DNA of 64,000 nucleotides from an uncultured Syntrophales bacterium (lineage in GTDB: Bacteria; Desulfobacterota; Syntrophia; Syntrophales; JAAYKM01): positions 7,713-71,712 of the forward strand of contig CAZBQX010000005.1 of the NCBI GenBank assembly GCA_964494155.1. The letters run 5' to 3'. A program made the translations under genes and the position numbers. The notes under the pieces were generated by a model that had not been told where the DNA came from, searched no databases, and saw only the letters and a list, made by a program, of their open reading frames with translations. Position 1 is the stretch's first letter. Each line of letters opens with the position of its first letter. This document shows positions 48,164 to 56,755 of the stretch, piece by piece.

Positions 48164-49696
48164 ATGTCGAGTGCACTTTGGATCGGAACAACGGGTTTAA
48201 CGGCCAGTTCAAAACAGATGGATGTCATCGGCAACAATCTGGCCAATTCCAATACCCTGGGTTTTAAGGCCGGGAACACCTATTTTGCCAGCATGCTCAA
48301 TCAGAGCCTCTCCGGCGGTTCGAGCGGAACCATGCAGGTCGGTCAGGGGGTTGCGATTGCGGCCGTGGCGACCCAGTTCGGCCAGGGGTCTTTCGAGTCG
48401 ACGGGAAACGCGACGGATCTCGCCATCGACGGGGAAGGCTTTTTCATTCTCAGGGATACGGAAGGCGCCCAGTATTTCACCCGGGCCGGAGCATTCCATG
48501 TGGATAACGAGGGTTATCTGGTCGATATGACCGGTTACCGGGTCCAGGGGTATAACCTCTACATTGCCGGCCAGGAAGAGGTTGAGACCGATATTCGTCT
48601 GCAGAATGTTCAGTCCGCCCCCCGGCCTTCGACGACCATCGGCGTCGGCGCCAACTTAAATGACGCCGCCGATCCTGGAGAACGGTTTAATGTGACTCAG
48701 ACGGTCTTTGATTCTCTGGGACAGTCCCACAGTCTGGCCATCAACTTCATGCGGACCGAGGGCACCGGCATGTGGGGATTCGGTACAACCCTGGATGGAA
48801 GCAATAACGGCACCAACTCGACGAACGGTGTGATATTTGATGCCAACGGCAATCTGGAATCGTTTTACACGGGAGCCTTCGGTTCCGGACCGACCGTGGC
48901 AGGCGGCGGGGCGATCACGACGTCGACGATTAACCGGCCGGGCCAGATCTACAAGGATACGACGGGTAATATTGTTTTAACCCGCGGGGCAACGCCCACA
49001 AGCTGGGCGATTACCAGCAACGGCGGTTACAGCAATATGGCCATTGTTGAGAACACGGCAAGTACCTTATCTGTCGATCTGGATGGCAATGGCGGCGCGG
49101 ATATTACCTACGATCTCGGTGCAGGTTTTGCTGCCGGAAGCACGATTACCTTCACGCTGGATAACTCAGTAACCGCTGCGGCCAGTGATATCAGCATGAC
49201 TTTTGGCGCCTTGAGTAACGGCGCCACCATCGGCACGGGGAATCAGCTCACCTGGAATGTCGTAGGCGATGATGCACCGACCATCACAGGCTATGCCAGC
49301 TCCTCCGTGGTGAAGTCCTTAAGCGACGACGGGTACAGTTCCGGTGTTCTGAAGTCCCTTTCCGTTGACAAAGACGGGATTATCAACGGGTTCTTCACCA
49401 ACGGTCAGAGTGCGGCCCTGGGGCAGGTCCTGCTGGCAACATTCCCTGACTTGTCCGGTCTCCAGAAATCGGGGAATTATTTCATCGAAACCGTCCGGTC
49501 GGGTGAAGCCCTCCGTAATCGTGCCGGGTCGGGCGGTCTGGGACAGACCATGTCCAACTCTCTGGAAATTTCCAATACGGATGTGGCCAAGGAATTCATT
49601 AACATGATCAGTGCCCAGCGCGCCTATCAGGCCAGCGCCAAGGTCATAACGACAGCGGATACGCTCCTCAGCGTCCTGATGGATATCAAACGCTAA
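48164..49696 (+). CDS. flgE: Flagellar hook protein FlgE
   Basis: N-terminus MSSALWIGTTGLTASSKQMDVIGNNLANSNTLGFK, and C-terminus SNTDVAKEFINMISAQRAYQASAKVITTADTLLSVL. Confidence 0.9.
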   Translation: MSSALWIGTTGLTASSKQMDVIGNNLANSNTLGFKAGNTYFASMLNQSLSGGSSGTMQVGQGVAIAAVATQFGQGSFESTGNATDLAIDGEGFFILRDTEGAQYFTRAGAFHVDNEGYLVDMTGYRVQGYNLYIAGQEEVETDIRLQNVQSAPRPSTTIGVGANLNDAADPGERFNVTQTVFDSLGQSHSLAINFMRTEGTGMWGFGTTLDGSNNGTNSTNGVIFDANGNLESFYTGAFGSGPTVAGGGAITTSTINRPGQIYKDTTGNIVLTRGATPTSWAITSNGGYSNMAIVENTASTLSVDLDGNGGADITYDLGAGFAAGSTITFTLDNSVTAAASDISMTFGALSNGATIGTGNQLTWNVVGDDAPTITGYASSSVVKSLSDDGYSSGVLKSLSVDKDGIINGFFTNGQSAALGQVLLATFPDLSGLQKSGNYFIETVRSGEALRNRAGSGGLGQTMSNSLEISNTDVAKEFINMISAQRAYQASAKVITTADTLLSVLMDIKR

Positions 49697-49712
49697 ACCA
49701 GTCCCTCCTTTC

Positions 49713-49750
49713 GAGGCGTTTCCCGTCCCCTGGGGGACGGGAAACGCCTC
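49713..49750 (+). terminator. Strong stem-loop after flgE
   Basis: GAGGCGTTTCCCGTCC-CCTGGG-GGACGGGAAACGCCTC is a perfect 16-bp inverted repeat 17 nt after the flgE stop. No long T-tract follows it. Confidence 0.65.
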
Positions 49751-49763
49751 TGTCAAATAATTG
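49751..49763 (+). promoter_or_regulatory. IHF-like site / 13-nt motif TGTCAAATAATTG (copy 2)
   Basis: Identical to the 13-mer at 27659. It lies about 175 nt upstream of the sigma-54 promoter at 49925. Confidence 0.25.
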
Positions 49764-49924
49764 ACCTTTATGGTGTTCTTTCAGTATGGGTTAAGTCAAA
49801 AAAGTTCTATTTTCTTTCCTTCCTTGCCTTTGCGAAGCGTCTTCTCTCTACAAAATGGGCTTAATCACGACCGGTTTGGATGAAAAAAACGGTCCGGATA
49901 CTTTGCCGGGTATAATTTCCCCCG

Positions 49925-49940
49925 TGGTATGGTCCTTGCT
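49925..49940 (+). promoter_or_regulatory. Sigma-54 promoter of the second stator/fliL operon
   Basis: TGGTATGGTCCTTGCT has correct spacing. The -12 element lies 56 nt upstream of the GTG start at 49995. Confidence 0.6.
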
Positions 49941-49994
49941 TAAAAATGGCTGTATTGAACTCTGAGAGGGGTCCATCCGGCCCCGGGGGTATGT

Positions 49995-50756
49995 GTGGAT
50001 ATCGCGACCATTGTCGGAATTATTGGTGGATTCAGTCTGGTTCTTGTTGCCATGGGTTGGGGCGGAGGGCTGTCCTGGTTTTTTGACATCCCTGCTCTGA
50101 TGATTGTCCTGGGTGGCACCTTCGGGGCCGTGTTGATCAACTATCCCCTGTCGACGGTCTTTAAGGTGATACCGGCGGCGAGAAACATCTTCTTCAAACG
50201 GGAGACGGAAGTCCAGGATTTGATCAACCTTTTTGTCGAGATGTCCGGTATTTCCCGGCGAGAAGGACTGCTGGCCCTGGAACGGATGGAGGCGAAAATC
50301 AAGGATCCGTTTCTGTCGAAGGCGGTCGGTCTGGTGCTGGACGGTGTCGATCCGACGGATGTGGAAATCATTCTGGAGACGGAAATCCAGTCGGTTGCGG
50401 AAAGGCATCGCATTGGTGCGGAGATCTTTACAACCATGGGAAACTTCGCGCCGGCCATGGGACTTATGGGTACCTTGATCGGGTTGGTCAAAATGTTGAT
50501 GCAGATGAGCGATCCCGCTCAGATCGGTCCTTCCATGTCGCTGGCCCTGATTACGACTTTTTATGGGGTGATTCTGGCGAACCTCATCTTCCTGCCCATT
50601 GCGGGGAAATTGAAGACCCAGAGCAGTCACGAACTCTTCATAAAATATCTGATGATGAACGGAACCCTGGCCATGCAGTCGGGTGATCATCCCCGGATGG
50701 TGAAACAGAAACTGCTGTCTTTTGTCGCACCGCGGGAAAGGGGGGTGGCATTTTGA
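49995..50756 (+). CDS. motA: Flagellar stator protein, short MotA/PomA/MotP-type (GTG start)
   Basis: 253 aa with four TM helices. MotA_ExbB-type C-terminus APAMGLMGTLIGLVKML...SLALITTFYGVILANLIFLPIAGKL. Confidence 0.85.
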   Translation: MDIATIVGIIGGFSLVLVAMGWGGGLSWFFDIPALMIVLGGTFGAVLINYPLSTVFKVIPAARNIFFKRETEVQDLINLFVEMSGISRREGLLALERMEAKIKDPFLSKAVGLVLDGVDPTDVEIILETEIQSVAERHRIGAEIFTTMGNFAPAMGLMGTLIGLVKMLMQMSDPAQIGPSMSLALITTFYGVILANLIFLPIAGKLKTQSSHELFIKYLMMNGTLAMQSGDHPRMVKQKLLSFVAPRERGVAF

Positions 50757-51421
50757 GACCCAAAATGCCTTATACCAATCAAAGTGTTGGCAGTCGTGTT
50801 GAACACTGGCAAACGGTTTATTGTTCCTTTGCCCTGATCCTGGTCGTCTTCTTTGTCATGATGGTTTCCTATTCCATTGTGTCCGGGAAAGGCATGAAAG
50901 CCATCCGGAAACATTTTGCCCAGGGGTCGTCTCTGCACGCACCGGGATCGTCCATGAATCCCCTGTCGGGGATTCCCTCGGAGGAGGCGGGAGATGCGCC
51001 GGCTATTCTGATTCAAAATGCCACGACGCGGTTTGGTCTGGGCGACACGGTAAGTGTCAGGATGGCTGCCGGGGGGATCGATGTCGTCATGAAGGATCGG
51101 GTCCTTTTTGCGGAAGGTGCTGTGGACGTACAGAAGGGTATCTACCCTTATTTGAATGTGATTGCCGACGTAGCCGCCAGAAACGGGCTGCATGTTCAGG
51201 TGAAGGCCCGTGCCGCGGGGTTACCCGAGGGAAGCCAGACGGACCAATCCCCCTGGGCGTTGTCCTCCCTGCGGGCGGTGAATGTCATGCGGTATTTTCT
51301 GGCCTATGACCGGCTCGCAGTTGATCAGGTGAGCGCAGCGGGTTCGGCCGCCGTGACGGGGCCGCAGGGCACGCCCGGTGGGGACAATGAAATCGAACTG
51401 CATTTAAGCGTCAATGAATGA
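50753..51421 (+). CDS. MotB-like protein lacking the conserved channel Asp, with a degenerate OmpA-like domain
   Basis: The TM segment WQTVYCSFALILVVFFVMM aligns with the MotB W-x-V-x-Y-A-D-F motif, but Ser replaces the Asp. The C-terminus keeps PWALSSLRAVNVMRYF but lacks the GYG...NRRVE ending. Confidence 0.65.
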   Translation: MRPKMPYTNQSVGSRVEHWQTVYCSFALILVVFFVMMVSYSIVSGKGMKAIRKHFAQGSSLHAPGSSMNPLSGIPSEEAGDAPAILIQNATTRFGLGDTVSVRMAAGGIDVVMKDRVLFAEGAVDVQKGIYPYLNVIADVAARNGLHVQVKARAAGLPEGSQTDQSPWALSSLRAVNVMRYFLAYDRLAVDQVSAAGSAAVTGPQGTPGGDNEIELHLSVNE

Positions 51422-51434
51422 TTAGGGGTCAAGG

Positions 51435-52145
51435 ATGAACAAGCCGCGCATCGGGTATAAGAAAACCATGATCATCGCAGGGGCGGAGAATCTCGGCGGG
51501 AGGTGGCTGGTAACCTTCAACGATATGATCACCCTGATCCTGACGTTCTTTGTCCTGATCCTTTCCATGTCCGATATGGACAAGCCCAGCATCGATCAGA
51601 TATCCCAGTCCGTCAGTGAAGCGTTCGGCGTCGGGGGAATCCGCAAACCCCTGGTGACGCCGAGAACGGCTGAACCTTCTCCCGACCGTGGTCAGATTCA
51701 GGCAGATAGGAATCCGGATATGACGCGGATGGCGATCCAGATTGCCTCTCTTCCGGGCATGGAAGCCCTGACGACACCGGGGGGAATACGCATCACGATG
51801 AATGAAAAGATGCTCTTCGCGCCTGATTCGGATGTGCTCAGTGAAAACAGCCGGCAGATGCTTTTGGCATTGGCTCCGGTGCTGAATACATGCGATGCCT
51901 TGATTACGGTGGAAGGCCATACGGATAACCGGCCGGCAGAGGGCATACGGTTTCCTTCAAACTGGGAACTGTCTACGGCCCGGGCGGTGAGTGTTGTCAC
52001 CTTTCTGGCAGAAAGCGGTGGGGTTGCTCCCGAACGGTTATCCGCCGTCGGATATGGCGACACAAGGCCCCGTGCAGCGAATGATGATGAAAAGAACCGT
52101 CAAATGAACCGTCGGGTGGAAATTAAACTGAAATTTCAGAAATAA
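51435..52145 (+). CDS. motB: Flagellar stator protein MotB/PomB-type (canonical)
   Basis: WLVTFNDMITLILTFFVLIL has the Asp. The OmpA-like C-terminus reads GHTDNRP...SNWELSTARAVSVVTFL...GYGDTRP...NRRVEIKL. Confidence 0.85.
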   Translation: MNKPRIGYKKTMIIAGAENLGGRWLVTFNDMITLILTFFVLILSMSDMDKPSIDQISQSVSEAFGVGGIRKPLVTPRTAEPSPDRGQIQADRNPDMTRMAIQIASLPGMEALTTPGGIRITMNEKMLFAPDSDVLSENSRQMLLALAPVLNTCDALITVEGHTDNRPAEGIRFPSNWELSTARAVSVVTFLAESGGVAPERLSAVGYGDTRPRAANDDEKNRQMNRRVEIKLKFQK

Positions 52146-52158
52146 CGAGAGGGAAGCC

Positions 52159-52659
52159 ATGGCAAGGGAAAGGGAAGAAAAAAATGAAGAAGCCGTACAG
52201 GCTGAACCGGAGGTAAAGGGGAAAAAAGGACTGATCAAGTGGATCATTATCGGCGTTGTGGTCCTCGCGGTCCTCGGGGCCGCGGTCGGCGGCGGGCTGT
52301 ATGTGTTCAACAATATGATGGGGGATAAAAAACACGCGGATAAGGCCCCGCCGATCATCGGGACCATCTGGAGCCTGGATCCCTTTATCGTCAATCTCAT
52401 GGATAACAGTGGAGAACGCTATTTGAAGGTGGTCATGCAGTTTGAGGTGGCGGATCCGGCGATTATCCAGGAACTCGAACTGGTTAAACCGCGGGTACGG
52501 GACAGCATTCTGGATTTGCTGTCCTCCAAAACCCTGGCGGATTTGACTGACACGCCGGGCAAGCAGCGGCTCCGGGAAGAAATCATCCTGCGGGTGAACA
52601 ATTCGATTTCCCGGGGGCGGATTGCCAAAGTTTATTTTTCGGAATTTGTGATCCAGTAA
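52159..52659 (+). CDS. fliL: Flagellar basal body-associated protein FliL
   Basis: An N-terminal TM helix, then LDPFIVNLMDNSGERYLKVVMQFEVADP...VRDSILDLLSSKTLADL...KVYFSEFVIQ. Confidence 0.85.
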   Translation: MAREREEKNEEAVQAEPEVKGKKGLIKWIIIGVVVLAVLGAAVGGGLYVFNNMMGDKKHADKAPPIIGTIWSLDPFIVNLMDNSGERYLKVVMQFEVADPAIIQELELVKPRVRDSILDLLSSKTLADLTDTPGKQRLREEIILRVNNSISRGRIAKVYFSEFVIQ

Positions 52660-52696
52660 CAACTGGGCTAACGCGGAGCAAAGAAGGAAGCAATCC

Positions 52697-53698
52697 ATGT
52701 CACAGATATTATCTCAGGAAGAGGTCGATGCCCTGCTCCGGGGAATTGCCGGCGGCGATATCGAGACGGAGATCGAGGATATCCATGATCCATCGGCGGT
52801 AACCCTCTATGATTTGACCAGTCAGGATCGGATCATCCGGGGCCGGATGCCGACGCTGGAGATGACCAACGAAAAGTTCGCCCGGATGTTTCGCACCACC
52901 TTGTCCTCTCTGATGCGCAAAGTGATCAGTGTGAATTCCATGTCGGTCAACATGCTGAAATTCGGGGAATTTCTCAAAACCCTGCCGGTGCCGACCAGTC
53001 TGCACCTGTTCCGCATGGATCCGCTGCGGGGAAACGCGATCTTTGTCATGGAATCAAAGATTATCTTTACCCTGGTGGACATTCTCTTTGGCGGTACGGG
53101 GAAAGAATTTTTCAAGGTCGAAGGCCGTGAGTTCACGGCCATTGAGAACAGTCTGATTAAGAAAGTTGTATTAAATGCTCTGGTTGACCTGGAAAAAGCC
53201 TGGAAGACCCTCCTTGATATCAAGGTGCAGTATCAGAGATCGGAGATCAATCCCCAGTTTGCCCAGATCGTGCCGCTGACGGACGTCGTGGTGGTGGTGA
53301 ATTTTGAAATCGAAGTCGAGTACAACACGGGCATCATGTCCCTGTGTATTCCCTACGCCAGCCTTGAACCGATTCGGGACAAGCTTCAGGCGGGTTTTCA
53401 GAGCGAGCAGTTGGAAGTCGACAAGGTGTGGGCGGAGCGTTTCAAGCAGACGCTCACCCTGTCCAAGGTCGATCTGGTGGTCGAACTGGGGAAGGCGCAT
53501 GTTAAAAGCCGGGACGTCGTCGATCTGAAGAAGGGGGATGTCATTGTCCTGGACAAGTACGCGTCCGATCCCCTCTTTGTGCTGGTGGAAGGGATGCCCA
53601 AATTCATGTGCGTACCGGGTATTTCCAAGGGCAGTCAGGCCGTACAGGTATCACATGTTATCAGTCGTAATGAGGTAATTGATTATGGAACAGAATGA
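52697..53698 (+). CDS. fliM: Flagellar motor switch protein FliM
   Basis: N-terminal CheY-P binding peptide MSQILSQEEVDALLRG, followed by the FliM middle domain and a C-terminal SpoA-like domain. Confidence 0.9.
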   Translation: MSQILSQEEVDALLRGIAGGDIETEIEDIHDPSAVTLYDLTSQDRIIRGRMPTLEMTNEKFARMFRTTLSSLMRKVISVNSMSVNMLKFGEFLKTLPVPTSLHLFRMDPLRGNAIFVMESKIIFTLVDILFGGTGKEFFKVEGREFTAIENSLIKKVVLNALVDLEKAWKTLLDIKVQYQRSEINPQFAQIVPLTDVVVVVNFEIEVEYNTGIMSLCIPYASLEPIRDKLQAGFQSEQLEVDKVWAERFKQTLTLSKVDLVVELGKAHVKSRDVVDLKKGDVIVLDKYASDPLFVLVEGMPKFMCVPGISKGSQAVQVSHVISRNEVIDYGTE

Positions 53699-54149
53699 AA
53701 TCGATGCATTGATGAGAGAAATGGACGGAGGCGAGGGCGCATCAGCGGTTGCAGCGCCTGTGGAGGATGAAAATCTGAGCTGGGATGATGTTCAGGAGGA
53801 GATGGAAGCGACCCGGAAAGAGGACACGCCGACAGAGGTGGCCAGTGTCAGTTTCGGTGAATTTCAGTCTAACGCTGCCCCGAAGGCAAATATGGATATC
53901 GATTTCATCCTGGATATCCCGTTGACGCTGACGGTGGAGCTGGGGCGGAGCAAGATGCTGATCAGCGAACTGCTCCAACTGGGGCAGGGGTCTGTGCTGG
54001 AGCTATCCAAGCTGGCGGGAGAACCCATGGACATCTTCATCAACCAGCGTCTCATTGCCCGGGGCGAAGTGGTCGTCGTCAATGAGAAGTTTGGTGTCCG
54101 ACTGACGGACATTGTGTCGCCCGCCGAACGGGTCAACCGTCTCCGTTAG
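53679..54149 (+). CDS. fliN: Flagellar motor switch protein FliN (with an N-terminal EIDAL-type peptide)
   Basis: C-terminal SpoA domain LDIPLTLTVELGRSKMLISELLQLGQGSVLELSKLAGEPMDIFINQRLIARGEVVVVNEKFGVRLTDIV. The N-terminus reads MIMEQNEIDALMRE. Confidence 0.9.
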   Translation: MIMEQNEIDALMREMDGGEGASAVAAPVEDENLSWDDVQEEMEATRKEDTPTEVASVSFGEFQSNAAPKANMDIDFILDIPLTLTVELGRSKMLISELLQLGQGSVLELSKLAGEPMDIFINQRLIARGEVVVVNEKFGVRLTDIVSPAERVNRLR

Positions 54150-54169
54150 GATTTCTCCGCGAGGTAAGT

Positions 54170-54577
54170 ATGGAAACCGAAACGATTTCCTTTTTCCCTG
54201 CTCTGCTCAAGATGATCGCGGCCCTGGCCCTGGTGCTGGGTATCATGATCGGTCTGGCGTTTCTTGTCCGGCGCTTCTTTCAGCAGGCGGGCCTGGCGGC
54301 TCCGGACGGTTCGGCCATCAATATCCTGACGGTCAAGTATCTGGGCCCTAAAAGCAGCATCATGATTGTGGACATCTTGGGACAGGCCGTGGTCATCGGT
54401 GTGACGAATCAGCAGATGTCCTATATCACGACCATCGATGACGTGGTGTCCCTGGATAAGTTAAAGGCCATGAACCGTCTGCGCGGGACGAAGACCATGC
54501 CGATCGATCCTCTGGACCACTACAAAAATCTGATCAAATCCCTGGTCCGTTCGAAAAAGGATGACAAGCGTCCATGA
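54170..54577 (+). CDS. fliO: Flagellar biosynthesis protein FliO/FliZ
   Basis: 135 aa with a single N-terminal TM helix, then INILTVKYLGPKSSIMIVDILGQAVVIGVT. It sits directly upstream of fliP and overlaps it. Confidence 0.65.
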   Translation: METETISFFPALLKMIAALALVLGIMIGLAFLVRRFFQQAGLAAPDGSAINILTVKYLGPKSSIMIVDILGQAVVIGVTNQQMSYITTIDDVVSLDKLKAMNRLRGTKTMPIDPLDHYKNLIKSLVRSKKDDKRP

Positions 54578-55356
54578 AAAGGTTGGAAAACAATCTGCTG
54601 AAGAAGTTTGTTGTCACGTTGCTGCTTGTTGTCGGGGGCATGCTGTTTTTCACGTCACCCCTGTACTGCGCGCCCCTGGCCCTGCCGAATGTGAGCCTCA
54701 ATATCGGCGGCGCCGCGGACCAGCCCGGGCAGATGTCGGGGCTTTTGCAGTTGATGATCATCCTGACGCTCCTGACGCTTGCGCCGGCGATTCTCTTAAT
54801 GGTGACCTCATTTACCCGGATCGTGGTGGTCCTTTCCCTGGTCCGGAACGCCCTTGGAACCCAGCAGATGCCCCCCAACCAGGTGATTATCGGCCTGGCC
54901 CTCTTTCTGACTTTTTTTGTCATGGCGCCTGTCTGGAACAGAATCAATACCGAGGCCTTTCAACCCTATCAGGAAGAACAGATTTCCGGAGAGCAGGCCT
55001 TTGCCGCCGCCACGTTGCCCCTGAAGGATTTCATGCTCAAACAGACCCGGGAAAAAGATCTGGCCCTGTTCGTCAAGATTTCCCGTGAACCGCGTCCGGC
55101 CAAACCGGCGGACATCTCCCTGAGCGTTCTGGTGCCGGCCTTCATCATCAGTGAGCTAAAAACAGCCTTCCAGATCGGTTTCATGATCTACCTGCCTTTC
55201 ATGATCATCGACATGGTGATTTCCAGTATCCTTTTGTCCATGGGCATGATGATGCTCCCCCCCATCATCATGAGCCTGCCTTTCAAACTCCTTTTGTTCG
55301 TCCTGGTCGACGGCTGGTATCTGATCGTCGGTTCTCTCGTTCAGAGTTTCCACTGA
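54574..55356 (+). CDS. fliP: Flagellar export apparatus protein FliP
   Basis: LTLLTLAPAILLMVTSFTRIVVVLSLVRNALGTQQMPPNQV...ELKTAFQIGFMIYLPFMIIDMV is canonical FliP. Confidence 0.95.
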   Translation: MKRLENNLLKKFVVTLLLVVGGMLFFTSPLYCAPLALPNVSLNIGGAADQPGQMSGLLQLMIILTLLTLAPAILLMVTSFTRIVVVLSLVRNALGTQQMPPNQVIIGLALFLTFFVMAPVWNRINTEAFQPYQEEQISGEQAFAAATLPLKDFMLKQTREKDLALFVKISREPRPAKPADISLSVLVPAFIISELKTAFQIGFMIYLPFMIIDMVISSILLSMGMMMLPPIIMSLPFKLLLFVLVDGWYLIVGSLVQSFH

Positions 55357-55577
55357 GATAATCGCATCAGGTGTTTTGCCTTTCTGGTATCACCGCCTAA
55401 ACGACGACATGTTTGAATAAATCCTGTTGCTGCCCATATTGGCATGTGTTTTTCATGGCATAGAGATAAGAGCAGGCTTCTTGAGAAGCTACATGTGTGT
55501 AACATACTGAAAATAATCGGCTTATTTTAAAATGCTTCTGTCGGTTTTCCGGCATGGCAGCGTAAGGAGTTAAGAAA

Positions 55578-55847
55578 ATGACGGTGGATTTGGTTATCGG
55601 GATTATGGCGGAAGCCATCAAGGTGACGCTTTTGGTGGCGGCGCCGGTGCTGATTGTCGGTCTGATTGTCGGTGTGGCGATCAGTCTGTTCCAGGCGGTG
55701 ACCCAGATTCAGGAGATGACCCTGGTGTTTGTGCCCAAGATTTTGGCGGTCATGGTGGTCCTGATCGCAGCCCTCCCCTGGATGTTCAGTATTCTCTTGT
55801 CTTTTACCCATAATCTGTTCGTCAGCATTCCGGCCTATGTCCGCTGA
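55578..55847 (+). CDS. fliQ: Flagellar export apparatus protein FliQ
   Basis: 89 aa. AIKVTLLVAAPVLIVGLIVGVAISLFQAVTQIQEMTLVFVPKI matches FliQ. Confidence 0.9.
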   Translation: MTVDLVIGIMAEAIKVTLLVAAPVLIVGLIVGVAISLFQAVTQIQEMTLVFVPKILAVMVVLIAALPWMFSILLSFTHNLFVSIPAYVR

Positions 55848-55891
55848 AGGCTTGATGAGAACAAAGGAAGCTTGAGACGGGAGAAGGATCG

Positions 55892-56671
55892 GTGCAATTT
55901 CCAGTCATATCCGTCGAATGGGCGATTTCGTTTACTCTGGTGCTGCTGCGGGTCGGCGCCCTGATCGGCACCATGCCCCTATTCGGCGAGCAGATTGTGC
56001 CCGTCCGGGTCAAGGCCGGCCTGACCCTGGTCATCGCCGTCCTCTTGTACCCGACGGTGTCCTCATCTTTGCCGGCGGTGCCCACCGATTTTATGCCGCT
56101 TCTGTTCCGGATGGTCTCCGAAACCCTGATCGGGGTCGCCCTGGGTTTTGCCGCCCGGCTCATTTTCGCGGCAGCGCAACTGGCCGGAGAGATGATCGGT
56201 TTTCAGATAGGTTTTTCGGTGGCCAACGTGATCGACCCCGTTTCAAGCGTCAGCGTGTCCCTGATCGGGCAGGTCCAGTACCTGTTTGCCCTGCTGATAT
56301 TTCTGATCACCAACTCTCATCACATCTTTTTTGCCGCCATTGCGGACAGCTTCCGCCTCGTCCCGCTGTTTTCCTTCCATGTTTCGGGGGACTTCATGGC
56401 ATTAATGATGAGCCTTTGCCGGGATATGTTTGTCCTTTCGGTCAAACTCAGTATCCCGGTTATCGCGGTGATCCTGTTTACCAATGTGGGTTTGGGCATT
56501 GTGGCCAGGACGGTGCCCCAGATCAATGTCTTTATCGTTGGCTTTCCCCTGCAGATCACGATCGGCCTGATCTTTTTCGGCCTGTCGCTCCCGCTGTGCG
56601 GATCGCTCCTGCAGAGCGCCTATGGACACCTGGGAGAATCGGTTTACGCCCTCATGCGGGTGATGAAATAG
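55892..56671 (+). CDS. fliR: Flagellar export apparatus protein FliR (GTG start)
   Basis: 259-aa polytopic membrane protein (FTLVLLRVGALIGTMPLFG...AAQLAGEMIGFQIGFSVANVIDP). Confidence 0.9.
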   Translation: MQFPVISVEWAISFTLVLLRVGALIGTMPLFGEQIVPVRVKAGLTLVIAVLLYPTVSSSLPAVPTDFMPLLFRMVSETLIGVALGFAARLIFAAAQLAGEMIGFQIGFSVANVIDPVSSVSVSLIGQVQYLFALLIFLITNSHHIFFAAIADSFRLVPLFSFHVSGDFMALMMSLCRDMFVLSVKLSIPVIAVILFTNVGLGIVARTVPQINVFIVGFPLQITIGLIFFGLSLPLCGSLLQSAYGHLGESVYALMRVMK

Positions 56672-56755
56672 GGGACACGGGAGAAAGGATCGGGTCGTTC
56701 TTTTGTGTCTGGATAATTGACGCCATCGTCATAAAACGGATAGGAAGCGTGCCAT

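Noticed and set aside
49848-50690. 280-aa minus-strand ORF covering the motA2 promoter region and gene
   Set aside because: It is antisense to a clear MotA/PomA-type protein, and its sequence is rich in H/R/Q/D with no domain. The plus-strand gene, with its sigma-54 promoter, explains the region.
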